Origin: Nitrospirillum iridis
GTDB lineage: Bacteria > Pseudomonadota > Alphaproteobacteria > Azospirillales > Azospirillaceae
DNA: 24,000 bases
Assembly (NCBI RefSeq): GCF_014205765.1
Contig: NZ_JACIIZ010000005.1
Span: 112,837 to 136,836, forward strand
Reading direction: 5' to 3'
In this document: piece after piece, positions 1 to 8,964 of the stretch
Numbering within the stretch: position 1 is the stretch's first letter
Layout: each line of letters begins with the position of its first letter
Notes under the pieces: model-generated
Databases searched by the model: none
What the model saw: the letters and a program-made list of their open reading frames with translations, nothing else
What the model was told of the DNA's origin: nothing
Made by a program: the position numbers and the translations under genes

Positions 1-627
1 GGCCTTAGGGTCAGAAGCCGTCACCCGCAGCACGACGGCCAAGCCCAGCTTGGCTTCCGTGGTCTGGAACAAGCGAAAAAGCCCCTCAGCGGCCTTCGGC
101 GCCGCCAGCATGCCCGAAAACGCGCCCCGCAACAGTTGCTCGGGCAGGAGCCACAGGTCTTTTTCCACATCACCTGGCCGTTCGATGACGTGGTTCTGTC
201 GCCGCAGCAAGGCGTTTTGCTGACTTTTGCGTAGCGAATCACCGATGAGCGCCACCCGCTGCGCTTGATCCTCGTAGGCCTTGCCAAGACAAACCACACC
301 CTCCGCGTCCGGCGCATCATGGCTGGATCCGAGGAAGCATTCGCCACGCCGGCTCAACCAAATCCGCTGCGTAAAGGTGATCGCTTCCTTCCAGGGACCA
401 GCCACGGAACCGGCCGTTTGCACGGCTTGCTGGTAGGTTTCATTCATCTGCCGGTCCAGGGCCGAAAGCTTGGCATTGCCGCAGATGGCCTTTTCCACTG
501 TCGTAGATGCCGCAGCACAGTTGAAACTGGGGCCGTCAGCCGCGTCGAGGGCAGCTCGGGCGCCCAGAGGTGCACATACTAGCACCAAGGCCGCGGCCAA
601 CAGGGCAAGACGGGAGATGACCGGCAT
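1..627 (-). CDS. Secreted DUF1311/LprI-like (lysozyme-inhibitor-like) domain protein, partial (3' end beyond window edge)
   Basis: Absent from the supplied ORF track because it runs off the window. My translation of the minus strand from ATG at 627 stays open to base 1 (209 codons): MPVISRLALLAAALVLVCAPLGARAALDAADGPSFNCAAASTTVEKAICGNAKLSALDRQMNETYQQAV...FTQRIWLSRRGECF...CLGKAYEDQAQRV. It has an N-terminal signal peptide. The pattern C..E..IC...L..D..(L/M)N..Y...QR.W...R..C is the one I associate with DUF1311. Confidence 0.6.
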   Translation of the reverse strand, partial: MPVISRLALLAAALVLVCAPLGARAALDAADGPSFNCAAASTTVEKAICGNAKLSALDRQMNETYQQAVQTAGSVAGPWKEAITFTQRIWLSRRGECFLGSSHDAPDAEGVVCLGKAYEDQAQRVALIGDSLRKSQQNALLRRQNHVIERPGDVEKDLWLLPEQLLRGAFSGMLAAPKAAEGLFRLFQTTEAKLGLAVVLRVTASDPKA

Positions 628-776
628 CAGATGCCTTTCGTGGAATCAAGTGGCGGTTTCGAAGGTATTCCCGGAAGCGAGGCACGCGCCACCACTTTGC
701 TGCGCTCCGCCGTTTGATCATTCCCTCAATAGGTGTGCCGCGTTAGATTTCCCGTCCTGGGCTGGGGGAGGATAGG

Positions 777-1697
777 GTGCGCAAGGTATTCCTGGTGACC
801 GCGTTGCTGGCGCTGCTGGGCGCCGGGGTTCACATGATGGCGAGCACCGCCGATGCCCAGGCGCAGACGGCGCCCCCCCTAACAGCGCCCCCGGGGGCGG
901 TGACGGAGACGTCCGCCAGCGCCACGCCGGCGGCGTCATCCATCATCACCAGCCCGCGCACCACTATTCTGGTCGACCCAGGTCCCGGCGCGCCACAGCC
1001 CCGCCTGTCCGCCGCCTGGCGAGCATTACCGGAAAGCCAGAAGACCCTGGCGGTGGGCAGCGTGTTGATGCTGGTGGCGGTCACCGCCGCCCTGCTGTGG
1101 TTGTCGATGTCCACCGATATGCTGCGCGACAACACGCCGTCCACCTTCGCCGGCGTCACCAGCGCCACCGGCAGGCCCTTGCGCCGCGCCTTCAGCCTGG
1201 CGCAAAGCCAGATGGCCTGGTGGTTCGTCATCGTGCTGGCGGCCTATCTTTACCTGTTCCTGGTGACGGGGGAGCTGGACACCCTGACCGGCCAGGCTCT
1301 GTGCCTGATGGGCCTGGGCACCGGCACCGCCATGGGCGCCGCGATGGTGGAGCAGAACAAGACCAACCCCATTCTGGCGGCCTATCAATCGGTGCTGACA
1401 CAGATCGCCGATCCGGCGACCCCGCCCGCCGACCTGACCGCCCTGACCGCCACCCGCGACACCCTGGCCCGCCAGCTGGCGTCCCGCGACTTCGTCCACG
1501 ATATCCTGACGGACGCCAACGGCATCAGCCTGCACCGCTTCCAGACGGCGGTGTGGACGGTGGTGCTAGGTGTGCTGTTCGTGATCGAGACGGTGGTCCA
1601 CCGCAAGATGCCGGACTTCGACCCCTATACCCTGGGCGTGCTGGGCATCAGCGCCGGCACCTATCTGGGCTTCAAGATTCCGGAACAGCCGAATTGA
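777..1697 (+). CDS. Hypothetical integral membrane protein (signal peptide, Pro/Ala/Thr-rich linker, about 4 TM segments)
   Basis: 306-aa ORF with a GTG start a few nt after GGGGGAGGA. N-terminus MRKVFLVTALLALLGAGVHMMASTADAQA looks like a signal peptide. Hydrophobic stretches include VGSVLMLVAVTAALLWL, MAWWFVIVLAAYLYLFLV, ALCLMGLGTGTAMGAAMV, AVWTVVLGVLFVIETVV and LGVLGISAGTYLGF. High GC3. I recognise no family. Confidence 0.6.
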   Translation: MRKVFLVTALLALLGAGVHMMASTADAQAQTAPPLTAPPGAVTETSASATPAASSIITSPRTTILVDPGPGAPQPRLSAAWRALPESQKTLAVGSVLMLVAVTAALLWLSMSTDMLRDNTPSTFAGVTSATGRPLRRAFSLAQSQMAWWFVIVLAAYLYLFLVTGELDTLTGQALCLMGLGTGTAMGAAMVEQNKTNPILAAYQSVLTQIADPATPPADLTALTATRDTLARQLASRDFVHDILTDANGISLHRFQTAVWTVVLGVLFVIETVVHRKMPDFDPYTLGVLGISAGTYLGFKIPEQPN

Positions 1698-2815
1698 ACA
1701 GCCGGGGCCGCGTCCTTTCCCCCACCGAGCGCCTGGACTGGCTGCGCCTGACGCGCACGGAGTCGGTGGGGCCCATCACCTTCCACCGGCTGATGGAGCG
1801 GTTCGGCGGCCCGGCGGCGGCGCTGGAGGCCCTGCCGGATCTGGCCCGGCGGGGCGGGCGCGACCGGCCCTTGAGCATCGCGCCCCGCACCGCGGCGGAG
1901 CGGGAGCTGGCGGCGCTGGACCGCCTGGGCGCCCGCCTGCTGTGCTGGTGCGAGCCTGATTATCCCGCCCAGTTGGCCGCCATCGAGGACGCGCCGCCGG
2001 TGATCACCGTGCTGGGCGACCCCGCCCACCTCAGCCGCCCGGCCATCGCCGTGGTGGGGGCCCGCAACGCCTCGCTGACCGGGCGCAAGCTGGCCACCAG
2101 CATCGCCCGCGACCTGGCGGAGGCCGGGCTGACCATCGTCTCCGGCCTGGCGCGCGGCATCGACACGGCGGCGCATGAGGCGGCGCTGCACCGCAGCACC
2201 GTCGCGGCCCTGGCGGGCGGCGTTGACGTCATCTACCCGCCGGAAAACGCGGAATTGCACCGCCGCATCGCTGACCAGGGCGCCCTGGTGGCCGAATCGC
2301 CGCCGGGGACGGAACCGCAGGCCCGCCATTTCCCCCGGCGCAACCGCCTGATCTCCGGCCTGGCGCGCGGTGTGCTGGTGGTGGAGGCGGCGCTGAAATC
2401 CGGGTCGCTGATCACCGCCCGCCTGGCGCTGGAACAGGGGCGCGACCTGTTCGCCGTGCCAGGGTCGCCGCTGGACCCGCGGGCCCAGGGCTGCAACCGC
2501 TTGCTGAAGGATGGAGCCGTCCTGGTGGAGACGGCGGAGGACATCCTGGCCTATCTGGGCCCCTCGGGAATGGCCGCCTTGAACGCCCCGCCCCCCGCTG
2601 GCGGACCGGTCCCGCCCCGGGCCGATCCCGGGGAAAAGGAGGTGGAGGCGGCCCGGCCCCGCGTCACCCTGTGCTTAAGCCCCACCCCGGTACACATTGA
2701 CGAAATTGTCCGGGACTGCCAATTGTCTGCGGCGGTGGTGCTGACCATCCTGCTGGAACTGGAACTGGCGGGCCGTTTGCACCGCCATCCCGGCGGCCGC
2801 GTCAGCCTGGCCTAG
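1694..2815 (+). CDS. dprA: DNA-processing protein DprA (Smf)
   Basis: The C-terminal 373 aa of track ORF 1097..2815 carry the DprA signature: LSPTERLDWLRLTRTESVGPITFHRLMERFG, AVVGARNASLTGRKLA, GLARGIDTAAHEAAL, YPPENAEL, HFPRRNRLISGLARGVLVVEAALKSGSLITARLALEQGRDLFAVPGSPLD. The first in-frame start before the conserved N-terminus is TTG at 1694, overlapping the upstream stop (TTGA). The 1097-1693 part of the ORF overlaps the previous gene and is not coding in this frame. Confidence 0.9.
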   Translation: MNSRGRVLSPTERLDWLRLTRTESVGPITFHRLMERFGGPAAALEALPDLARRGGRDRPLSIAPRTAAERELAALDRLGARLLCWCEPDYPAQLAAIEDAPPVITVLGDPAHLSRPAIAVVGARNASLTGRKLATSIARDLAEAGLTIVSGLARGIDTAAHEAALHRSTVAALAGGVDVIYPPENAELHRRIADQGALVAESPPGTEPQARHFPRRNRLISGLARGVLVVEAALKSGSLITARLALEQGRDLFAVPGSPLDPRAQGCNRLLKDGAVLVETAEDILAYLGPSGMAALNAPPPAGGPVPPRADPGEKEVEAARPRVTLCLSPTPVHIDEIVRDCQLSAAVVLTILLELELAGRLHRHPGGRVSLA

Positions 2816-2874
2816 GACCAGTCCCCTAGGATCAGAGGCCCACGCCACGGGTTCTGGATAGCGTCGCCACCTAT

Positions 2875-5586
2875 TTGCAGTGCGGGGTCCCCTTGTCGGG
2901 CAGCAATGTCGTCATCGTCGAGTCGCCGGCCAAGGCGAAGACCATCAACAAGTACCTGGGCGACGATTACACCGTTCTCGCCAGCTACGGACACGTGCGG
3001 GATCTGCCGGCCCGCGACGGGTCGGTGAAGCCGGAAGAAGATTTCTCCATGGAGTGGGAGCTGGGCGACCGCTCCAAACGCCATATCGACGACATCACCA
3101 AGGCCGCCCGGGGCGCCACCCGCATCTACCTCGCAACCGACCCGGATCGCGAGGGGGAGGCGATCGCCTGGCACGTCAAGCAGCTGCTGGATGAAAAGCG
3201 CATCAGCAGCAAGGTGGACGTGAAGCGCGTCACCTTCAACGAGATCACCAAGAGCGCCGTCCTGGACGCCATCGCCCATCCGCGCGAGGTGCACCAGGAA
3301 CTGGTCGACGCCTACCTGGCGCGCCGCGCGCTGGATTATCTGGTGGGCTTCACCCTGTCGCCGGTGCTGTGGCGCAAGCTGCCGGGCTCACGCTCGGCCG
3401 GCCGCGTGCAGTCGGTGGCCCTGCGCCTGATCTGCGAGCGGGAGTCGGAGATCGAGGCCTTCCGCCCGCAGGAATACTGGACCATCGATGGGGAGTTCCG
3501 CACCCCGGCCGGCGCGCCCTTCACCGCCCGCCTGGTGGGCCTGAACGGCAAGAAGCTGGACAAGTTCACCCTGGGCAACAAGGGCGACGCCGACGCGGCG
3601 CTGGCGGTCATCCGCCCGCTGTCCTTCGCGGTGCGCAGCGTGGAACGGCGCCAGGTGCGCCGCAACCCCTTCCCGCCCTTCACCACCTCCACCCTGCAGC
3701 AGGAGGCCAGCCGCAAGCTGGGCTTCGGCGCCACCAAGACCATGCGCATCGCCCAGAAGCTGTATGAGGGCGTGGACATCGGCGGTGAGACGGTGGGCCT
3801 GATCACCTATATGCGTACCGACGGCGTGCAGCTGTCGAACGAGGCCATCGACGGCGCCCGCCGCCTGATCTCCTCCGCCTATGGCAACAGCTATCTGCCC
3901 AACGCCCCGCGCGTCTACAAGTCCAGCGCCAAGAACGCGCAGGAAGCGCACGAGGCCATCCGCCCCACGGACATGTTCCGCAAGGCCGATCAGCTGAGCC
4001 GCTTCCTCGACAAGGATGAGCTGCGGCTGTACGAGCTGGTGTGGAAGCGCACCATCGCCTGCCAGATGGCCAGCGCCGAGCTGGACCAGGTGTCAGCCGA
4101 CATCACCTCGCCCAAGGGGGAGGCGCAGTTCCGCGCCACCGGCTCCATCCTCACCTTCGACGGTTTCCTCAAGGTCTATCAGGAAGACCGCGATGACGCC
4201 GGCGATGATGAGGAGAAGGACACCCGCCTGCCGGCCATGAAGGACGGCGACGACCTGGCGAAGGGCGAGGTCAAGTCCGACCAGCATTTCACCCAGCCGC
4301 CGCCGCGCTATACCGAGGCCAGCCTGGTGAAGAAGATGGAGGAGCTGGGCATCGGCCGGCCATCCACCTACGCCAGCATCCTGCAGGTGCTGCAGGACCG
4401 GAACTATGTCCGCCTGGAAAAGCGCCGGTTCGAGCCGGAGGACCGTGGCCGCCTGGTCACGACCTTCCTGGAAAACTTCTTCAACCGTTATGTCGAGTAC
4501 GGCTTCACCGCCGACCTGGAATCCAAGCTGGACGACATCTCCGGCGGCCGCATCGACTGGAAGTCGGTGCTGCGGGAGTTCTGGCAGGCCTTCTCCGCCG
4601 CGGTGGAGGGGACAAAGGACCTGACCATCACCCAGGTGCTGGACGCCCTGGATGAGGCGCTGGGCCCGCACTTCTTCCCCGCCCCGGCGGAAGGCGGGCG
4701 CGACCCGCGCGTCTGTCCCGTCTGCGGTGACGGCCGGCTGTCGCTGAAGCTGGGCAAGAACGGCGCCTTCATCGGCTGCGCCAACTACCCGGACTGCAAA
4801 TACACCCGGCCCCTGAGCGTCGAGGGGGGCGAGGAAGGCAACGCCGACCGGGAACTGGGCAATGATCCGGAGACGGGCTATCCCGTGGCCATGAAGCGCG
4901 GGCCCTACGGCGTCTATGTCCAGACGGGCGCGCCGGATGAGCCCAAACCCAAGCGCGTCTCCCTGCCCCGGGCCCTGAACCCGCAGGACGTCGACCTGGA
5001 CATCGCCCTGCGCCTGCTGGCCCTGCCGCGCAGCCTGGGTCCGCACCCGGAGACGGGGCAGGATATCACGGCCGGTATCGGCCGCTTCGGCCCCTATCTG
5101 AAGCATGGCGACGCGTACAAGAACCTGACGCCGGACGACGACGTGCTGACCATCGGCCTGAACCGGGCCGTGGTGCTGCTGGCCGGCATCACCGCGCGCA
5201 AGACGGTGGCGGGCCGCGACCTGGGCAACCACCCCAAGGACGGCAAGCCCATCACCCTGGGCAGCGGGCGCTTCGGCCCCTATGTGAAGCACCTGAAGCT
5301 GTTCGCCAGCATTCCCAAGGCCATCAACGCCGACACCATCACCCTGGAACAGGCGGTGGAATTGCTGGCGGCCAAGGCGGCCAAGGACAGCGGCAAGAAG
5401 CCGGCCGCCGCCGCGGCTGACGGTGAGGAGAAGCCGAAGAAGGCCGCCGCCAAGAAGGCGCCGGCGAAGGCAGCGACCACCAAGGCGACAGCGGAAAAGA
5501 AGGCCGCCGCGCCGAAGAAGGCCCCCGCCGCCAAGAAGCCGGCCACGAAGTCCGCGAGTGCGAAGAAGGTGGCGGCGGGCGACTGA
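2875..5586 (+). CDS. topA: DNA topoisomerase I (type IA) with a Lys/Ala-rich C-terminal tail
   Basis: TOPRIM N-terminus NVVIVESPAKAKTINKYLG and DPDREGEAIAWH. Catalytic-Tyr region GLITYMRTDG. One C4 zinc ribbon, CPVCGDGRLSLKLGKNGAFIGCANYPDC. Repeated GRFGPY(L/V)KH C-terminal repeats. The start is uncertain: TTG 2875 in the track, or TTG 2893, which would give MSGSNVVIVESPAK. Confidence 0.95.
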   Translation: MQCGVPLSGSNVVIVESPAKAKTINKYLGDDYTVLASYGHVRDLPARDGSVKPEEDFSMEWELGDRSKRHIDDITKAARGATRIYLATDPDREGEAIAWHVKQLLDEKRISSKVDVKRVTFNEITKSAVLDAIAHPREVHQELVDAYLARRALDYLVGFTLSPVLWRKLPGSRSAGRVQSVALRLICERESEIEAFRPQEYWTIDGEFRTPAGAPFTARLVGLNGKKLDKFTLGNKGDADAALAVIRPLSFAVRSVERRQVRRNPFPPFTTSTLQQEASRKLGFGATKTMRIAQKLYEGVDIGGETVGLITYMRTDGVQLSNEAIDGARRLISSAYGNSYLPNAPRVYKSSAKNAQEAHEAIRPTDMFRKADQLSRFLDKDELRLYELVWKRTIACQMASAELDQVSADITSPKGEAQFRATGSILTFDGFLKVYQEDRDDAGDDEEKDTRLPAMKDGDDLAKGEVKSDQHFTQPPPRYTEASLVKKMEELGIGRPSTYASILQVLQDRNYVRLEKRRFEPEDRGRLVTTFLENFFNRYVEYGFTADLESKLDDISGGRIDWKSVLREFWQAFSAAVEGTKDLTITQVLDALDEALGPHFFPAPAEGGRDPRVCPVCGDGRLSLKLGKNGAFIGCANYPDCKYTRPLSVEGGEEGNADRELGNDPETGYPVAMKRGPYGVYVQTGAPDEPKPKRVSLPRALNPQDVDLDIALRLLALPRSLGPHPETGQDITAGIGRFGPYLKHGDAYKNLTPDDDVLTIGLNRAVVLLAGITARKTVAGRDLGNHPKDGKPITLGSGRFGPYVKHLKLFASIPKAINADTITLEQAVELLAAKAAKDSGKKPAAAAADGEEKPKKAAAKKAPAKAATTKATAEKKAAAPKKAPAAKKPATKSASAKKVAAGD

Positions 5587-5621
5587 GCCCGCCGACCTCA
5601 CAGTTAAGGACACACCATACC

Positions 5622-7955
5622 ATGCCGAAGCGCCCGGAAGGCCCCCGGCGGCCGACGCCCAGGCCGGTGCCGGCCCGCCGGGCGGCGGACGCCCCTTTTC
5701 CCTCGCGGGAGGAGATTCTGGACTATATCCAGTCCAGCCCGGTGCCTGTGGGCAAGCGGGAGATCGCGCGCGCCTTCAACATCACGGGCGACGGCCGCAT
5801 CGTCCTGAAGGACCTGCTGAAGGATCTGGAGACCGAGGGCAGCATCGAAAAGGGCGAGGGCCGCCGCGTTGGCGTGCCGGCGGCCCTGCCCGAAGTGGCG
5901 GTGCTGATCGTGGCCGAGGTCACCCCCGATGGCGAGGTGCTGGCCCGCCCCACCAGTTGGGCGCATGAGGCCCCGCCGCCGCGCATCTACATGGCGGCGG
6001 AAAAGCGCGGCCACCCGGCCTTGGCCGTGGGCGACCGCGTGCTGGCCCGCCTGTCGCGGCAGGCCCAGCAACAGGATGGCGAGGACGTCTACGAAGGCCG
6101 CACCCTGCGCAAGCTGGACAGTGGCGCGACCACCCGTATCGTCGGCATCTATGACCGCGCCCGCGATGGCGGCCGCCTGAGGCCGGTGGACCGCCGCGCC
6201 AAGGCGGAGTTCGCCGTGGCCGACGCCAATGCCGAGGGCGCGCAGCCCGGCGAACTGGTGGTGGCCGAACTGCTGCCCTCCTCCCGCCTGGGCCTGAAGC
6301 AGGTGCGGGTGGTGGAACGGCTGGGCAGCATCGATGAGCCACGGGCCGTCAGCCTGATCGCCATCGCCCAGCACAGCATCCCCACCCAGTTCGCCAAGGC
6401 GGCGGTGGAGGAAGCGGAAGCCGCACCGGAACCGACGGTGGAGGGGCGCACAGACCTGCGCGACATCCCCCTGGTGACCATCGACGGCGAGGACGCCCGC
6501 GATTTCGACGATGCCGTGTTCGCCGAACCGGACACCGATCCCAACAACCCCGGCGGCTGGCACCTGCTGGTGGCCATCGCCGACGTCAGCTTCTATGTCC
6601 GGCCGGGCATGGCGCTGGACCGCAACGCCTTCGACCGGGGCAACAGCGTCTATTTCCCCGACCGCGTCGTGCCCATGCTGCCCGAGGCGCTGTCGAACGA
6701 GCTGTGTTCGCTGAAGCCCGAGGTCAACCGCGCCTGCCTGGCGGTCCATATGTGGATCGACGGCCAGGGCCGGCTGAAGCGCCATCGCTTCGTGCGCGGC
6801 CTCATGCGCTCCGCCGCCCGCCTGACCTACACCCAGGTGCAGAAGGCCCGCGACGGCGAACCGGATGAACTGACCGGCCCGCTGATGGAACGGGTGATCG
6901 GCCCCCTGTATGGCGCCTTCGCCGTGCTGCAAAAGGCCCGCGACGCCCGCGGCACGCTGGAGCTGGACCTGCCGGAACGGCTGGTGAAGCTGGACGAGGC
7001 GGGCACCATCCAGAGCATCGGCGTGCGCCCGCGCCTGGACAGCCACCGCCTGATCGAGGAATTCATGATCGCCGCCAACGTGGCGGCGGCGGAAGCCCTG
7101 GAAGCCAAGCACAGCCCGTGCCTGTACCGCGTGCATGCGGAGCCGGCGCAGGACAAGCTGGAGGCGCTGCGCCAGTTCCTGGGCTCGCTCGGCTACACCC
7201 TGGCCAAGGGCCAGGTGCTAAAGCCCATCCTGTTCACCCGCATCCTGGCCAAGGCGGCGGACACGCCGGAAGCCAACCTGGTGAACACCGTCATCCTGCG
7301 CAGCCAATCCCAGGCGCTGTACCAGCCGGAGAATATCGGCCATTTCGGCCTGGCCCTGCCGCGCTACGCCCATTTCACCTCCCCCATCCGCCGCTATGCC
7401 GATCTGGTGGTCCACCGCGCCCTGGTGAAATCCTATGGCCTGGGGCCGGGCGGGCTGGACGAGGAGGAAGCGTCCCGCCTGGTGCAGGTGGGCGAGCACA
7501 TCTCGCTGACGGAGCGGCGGGCCGCCACGGCGGAGCGCGACGCCCTGGACCGCTATGTCGCCGCATATCTGTCGGACCGGATCGGCGGCACCTTCACCGG
7601 CCGCATCGGCGGTGTCACCCGCTTCGGCCTGTTCGTCACCCTGGATGAGACCGGGGCCGACGGCCTGGTGCCCATTTCCACCCTGCCGGACGATTTCTAC
7701 GACCACGACGAGGGCAACCATCAGTTGGTGGGCCGCCGCTGGGGCCGCGTCTATCGCCTGGGTACGGTGGTGAAGGTCCGCCTGGTGGAGGCGGACCGCA
7801 TCTCCGGCAGCATGGTCTTCGCCCTGCTGGGCGAGGATACCGACGACTCGCCGTGGCTGGCGGGCGGCCAAAGCGAGGCCAAGGGCGGCCGCGCCCGGCT
7901 GACCCGGAAGACGGCCACCAAGGCGCGCGTCAAGCGCCCACCCCTGAAAGGATAG
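5622..7955 (+). CDS. rnr: Ribonuclease R (VacB)
   Basis: 777 aa. RNB catalytic core motifs are present: DGEDARDFDDAV, YFPDRVVPMLPE, HFGLALPRYAHFTSPIRRYADLVVHR. An S1 domain (GTFTGRIGGVTRFGLFVTLDETGADGLVPISTL) and a basic C-terminal tail follow. ATG is preceded by TAAGGA. Confidence 0.95.
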   Translation: MPKRPEGPRRPTPRPVPARRAADAPFPSREEILDYIQSSPVPVGKREIARAFNITGDGRIVLKDLLKDLETEGSIEKGEGRRVGVPAALPEVAVLIVAEVTPDGEVLARPTSWAHEAPPPRIYMAAEKRGHPALAVGDRVLARLSRQAQQQDGEDVYEGRTLRKLDSGATTRIVGIYDRARDGGRLRPVDRRAKAEFAVADANAEGAQPGELVVAELLPSSRLGLKQVRVVERLGSIDEPRAVSLIAIAQHSIPTQFAKAAVEEAEAAPEPTVEGRTDLRDIPLVTIDGEDARDFDDAVFAEPDTDPNNPGGWHLLVAIADVSFYVRPGMALDRNAFDRGNSVYFPDRVVPMLPEALSNELCSLKPEVNRACLAVHMWIDGQGRLKRHRFVRGLMRSAARLTYTQVQKARDGEPDELTGPLMERVIGPLYGAFAVLQKARDARGTLELDLPERLVKLDEAGTIQSIGVRPRLDSHRLIEEFMIAANVAAAEALEAKHSPCLYRVHAEPAQDKLEALRQFLGSLGYTLAKGQVLKPILFTRILAKAADTPEANLVNTVILRSQSQALYQPENIGHFGLALPRYAHFTSPIRRYADLVVHRALVKSYGLGPGGLDEEEASRLVQVGEHISLTERRAATAERDALDRYVAAYLSDRIGGTFTGRIGGVTRFGLFVTLDETGADGLVPISTLPDDFYDHDEGNHQLVGRRWGRVYRLGTVVKVRLVEADRISGSMVFALLGEDTDDSPWLAGGQSEAKGGRARLTRKTATKARVKRPPLKG

Positions 7956-7959
7956 GCGG

Positions 7960-8352
7960 ATGCCTCAATTCATCGGCGGCATCACCCTGGTCGTGCGCGA
8001 TTATGACGAGGCCAAGGCCTGGTATCGCGACGTCCTGGGCTTCGAGGCCGTGGAGGATACCGACCTGGGCGGCGGCAAGCGCTGGGTGGTCATGGCGCCG
8101 CCGGGCTCCACCGAAACGCGCCTGCTGCTGGCCAAGGCGGTGGGACCGGAGCAGGAGGCCGCCATCGGCAACCAGGCGGGTGGCCGCGTCTTCCTGTTCC
8201 TGCGCACCGACGATTTCTGGCGTGACCATGCCCGCATGAAGGCCGCCGGCGTCCTCTTCCGCGAGGAGCCGCGGGTGGAGGCGTATGGCACGGTGGTCGT
8301 GTTCGAGGACCTGTACGGCACCCGCTGGGACCTGCTGCACCTCAACGCTTGA
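7960..8352 (+). CDS. VOC family (glyoxalase/bleomycin-resistance fold) protein
   Basis: 130 aa. ITLVVRDYDEAKAWYRDVLGFE ... VVVFEDLYGTRWDLL has the typical beta-alpha-beta-beta-beta VOC pattern. It starts 4 nt after the rnr stop, with AAGGATAGG upstream. Confidence 0.85.
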   Translation: MPQFIGGITLVVRDYDEAKAWYRDVLGFEAVEDTDLGGGKRWVVMAPPGSTETRLLLAKAVGPEQEAAIGNQAGGRVFLFLRTDDFWRDHARMKAAGVLFREEPRVEAYGTVVVFEDLYGTRWDLLHLNA

Positions 8353-8380
8353 TTCGCCCGGCCCACAATTCGGGCGAATC
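8351..8380 (+). terminator. Perfect 10-bp hairpin overlapping the VOC stop codon (putative terminator, no U-tract)
   Basis: gattcgcccg (8351-8360) and cgggcgaatc (8371-8380) are exact reverse complements around a 10-nt loop. It is followed by acaacaag, not a T-run. Confidence 0.4.
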
Positions 8381-8555
8381 ACAACAAGTGTTGATGGCAG
8401 AGCTGAGGGCCGGCAAACGCGTCTGGACCATGGCCCATGCCATATCCATCATCTAGGACATGACGACCGACCCCGTTCCCCCCGATGATCCTGGCCCCGT
8501 GGGTCCATCCGGGCGGCCCCGAGGCCCCCGTGTCGCCGTTGAAACGGAGGACACC

Positions 8556-8939
8556 ATGACCGACACGCCTGAGGAAATCATCGCCCCGCCCAAGGGCATG
8601 GTCGGCACGGCCCTGATGCGCGGCATGCGCCGCTGCTGCCCCAATTGCGGCGCCCACACCCTGTTCGTGGGCTACACCAAGGTGGCGCCGGTCTGCACCA
8701 GTTGCGGGCTGGAGACGGGCAATTTCCGCGCCGACGACGCGCCACCCTACTTTACCATCTTCGTCGTCGGCCATATCGTGGTGGGCGCCGCGTTGGCGGT
8801 GGAACAGAACTATCATCCCCCCCTGTGGGTGCATGCCGCACTGTGGGGGCCGTTGACCCTGGCCCTGTCGCTGGCCCTGCTGCCCCTGTTCAAGGGGGCC
8901 GTGATCGGCGTGCAGTGGGCCATGGGCATCCGCGGCTAA
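8556..8939 (+). CDS. DUF983 domain membrane protein (zinc-ribbon plus 2 TM)
   Basis: CPNCGAHTLFVGYTKVAPVCTSCGLETGNFRADDAPPYFTIFVVGHIVVGAAL matches the DUF983 pattern. I prefer ATG 8556 (GGAGG at 8546-8550) over the track start ATG 8460, whose 32-codon extension is Pro/Gly-rich with weaker GC3. Confidence 0.8.
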   Translation: MTDTPEEIIAPPKGMVGTALMRGMRRCCPNCGAHTLFVGYTKVAPVCTSCGLETGNFRADDAPPYFTIFVVGHIVVGAALAVEQNYHPPLWVHAALWGPLTLALSLALLPLFKGAVIGVQWAMGIRG

Positions 8940-8964
8940 GGGATAAAACAAAACGGGAGGCGCC

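Noticed and set aside
1097-1693. N-terminal 199 codons of track ORF 1097..2815 (an extended DprA)
   Set aside because: This part overlaps the membrane-protein gene in another frame. Its sequence is Arg/Pro/Gly/His-rich. The DprA family N-terminus begins just after 1694.
2816-2874. Possible alphaproteobacterial SOS box (GTTC-N7-GTTC) upstream of topA
   Set aside because: Only one half-site is present (gttctggatagcgtc, where the second half is CGTC), so this is not a credible LexA site.
4093-7136. Long minus-strand ORFs 4093..5613 (506 aa) and 5604..7136 (510 aa), antisense to topA and rnr
   Set aside because: They sit opposite genes with unmistakable family signatures. Their products are Arg/Gly/Ala/Leu/Gln-rich low-complexity strings with no recognisable motif. 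This is typical of shadow ORFs in high-GC DNA, where stop codons are rare.
8394-8456. 20-codon sORF (MAELRAGKRVWTMAHAISII) between the VOC and DUF983 genes
   Set aside because: It has no convincing RBS, is very short, and I can assess no conservation or function. I cannot support it as a gene or leader peptide from sequence alone.
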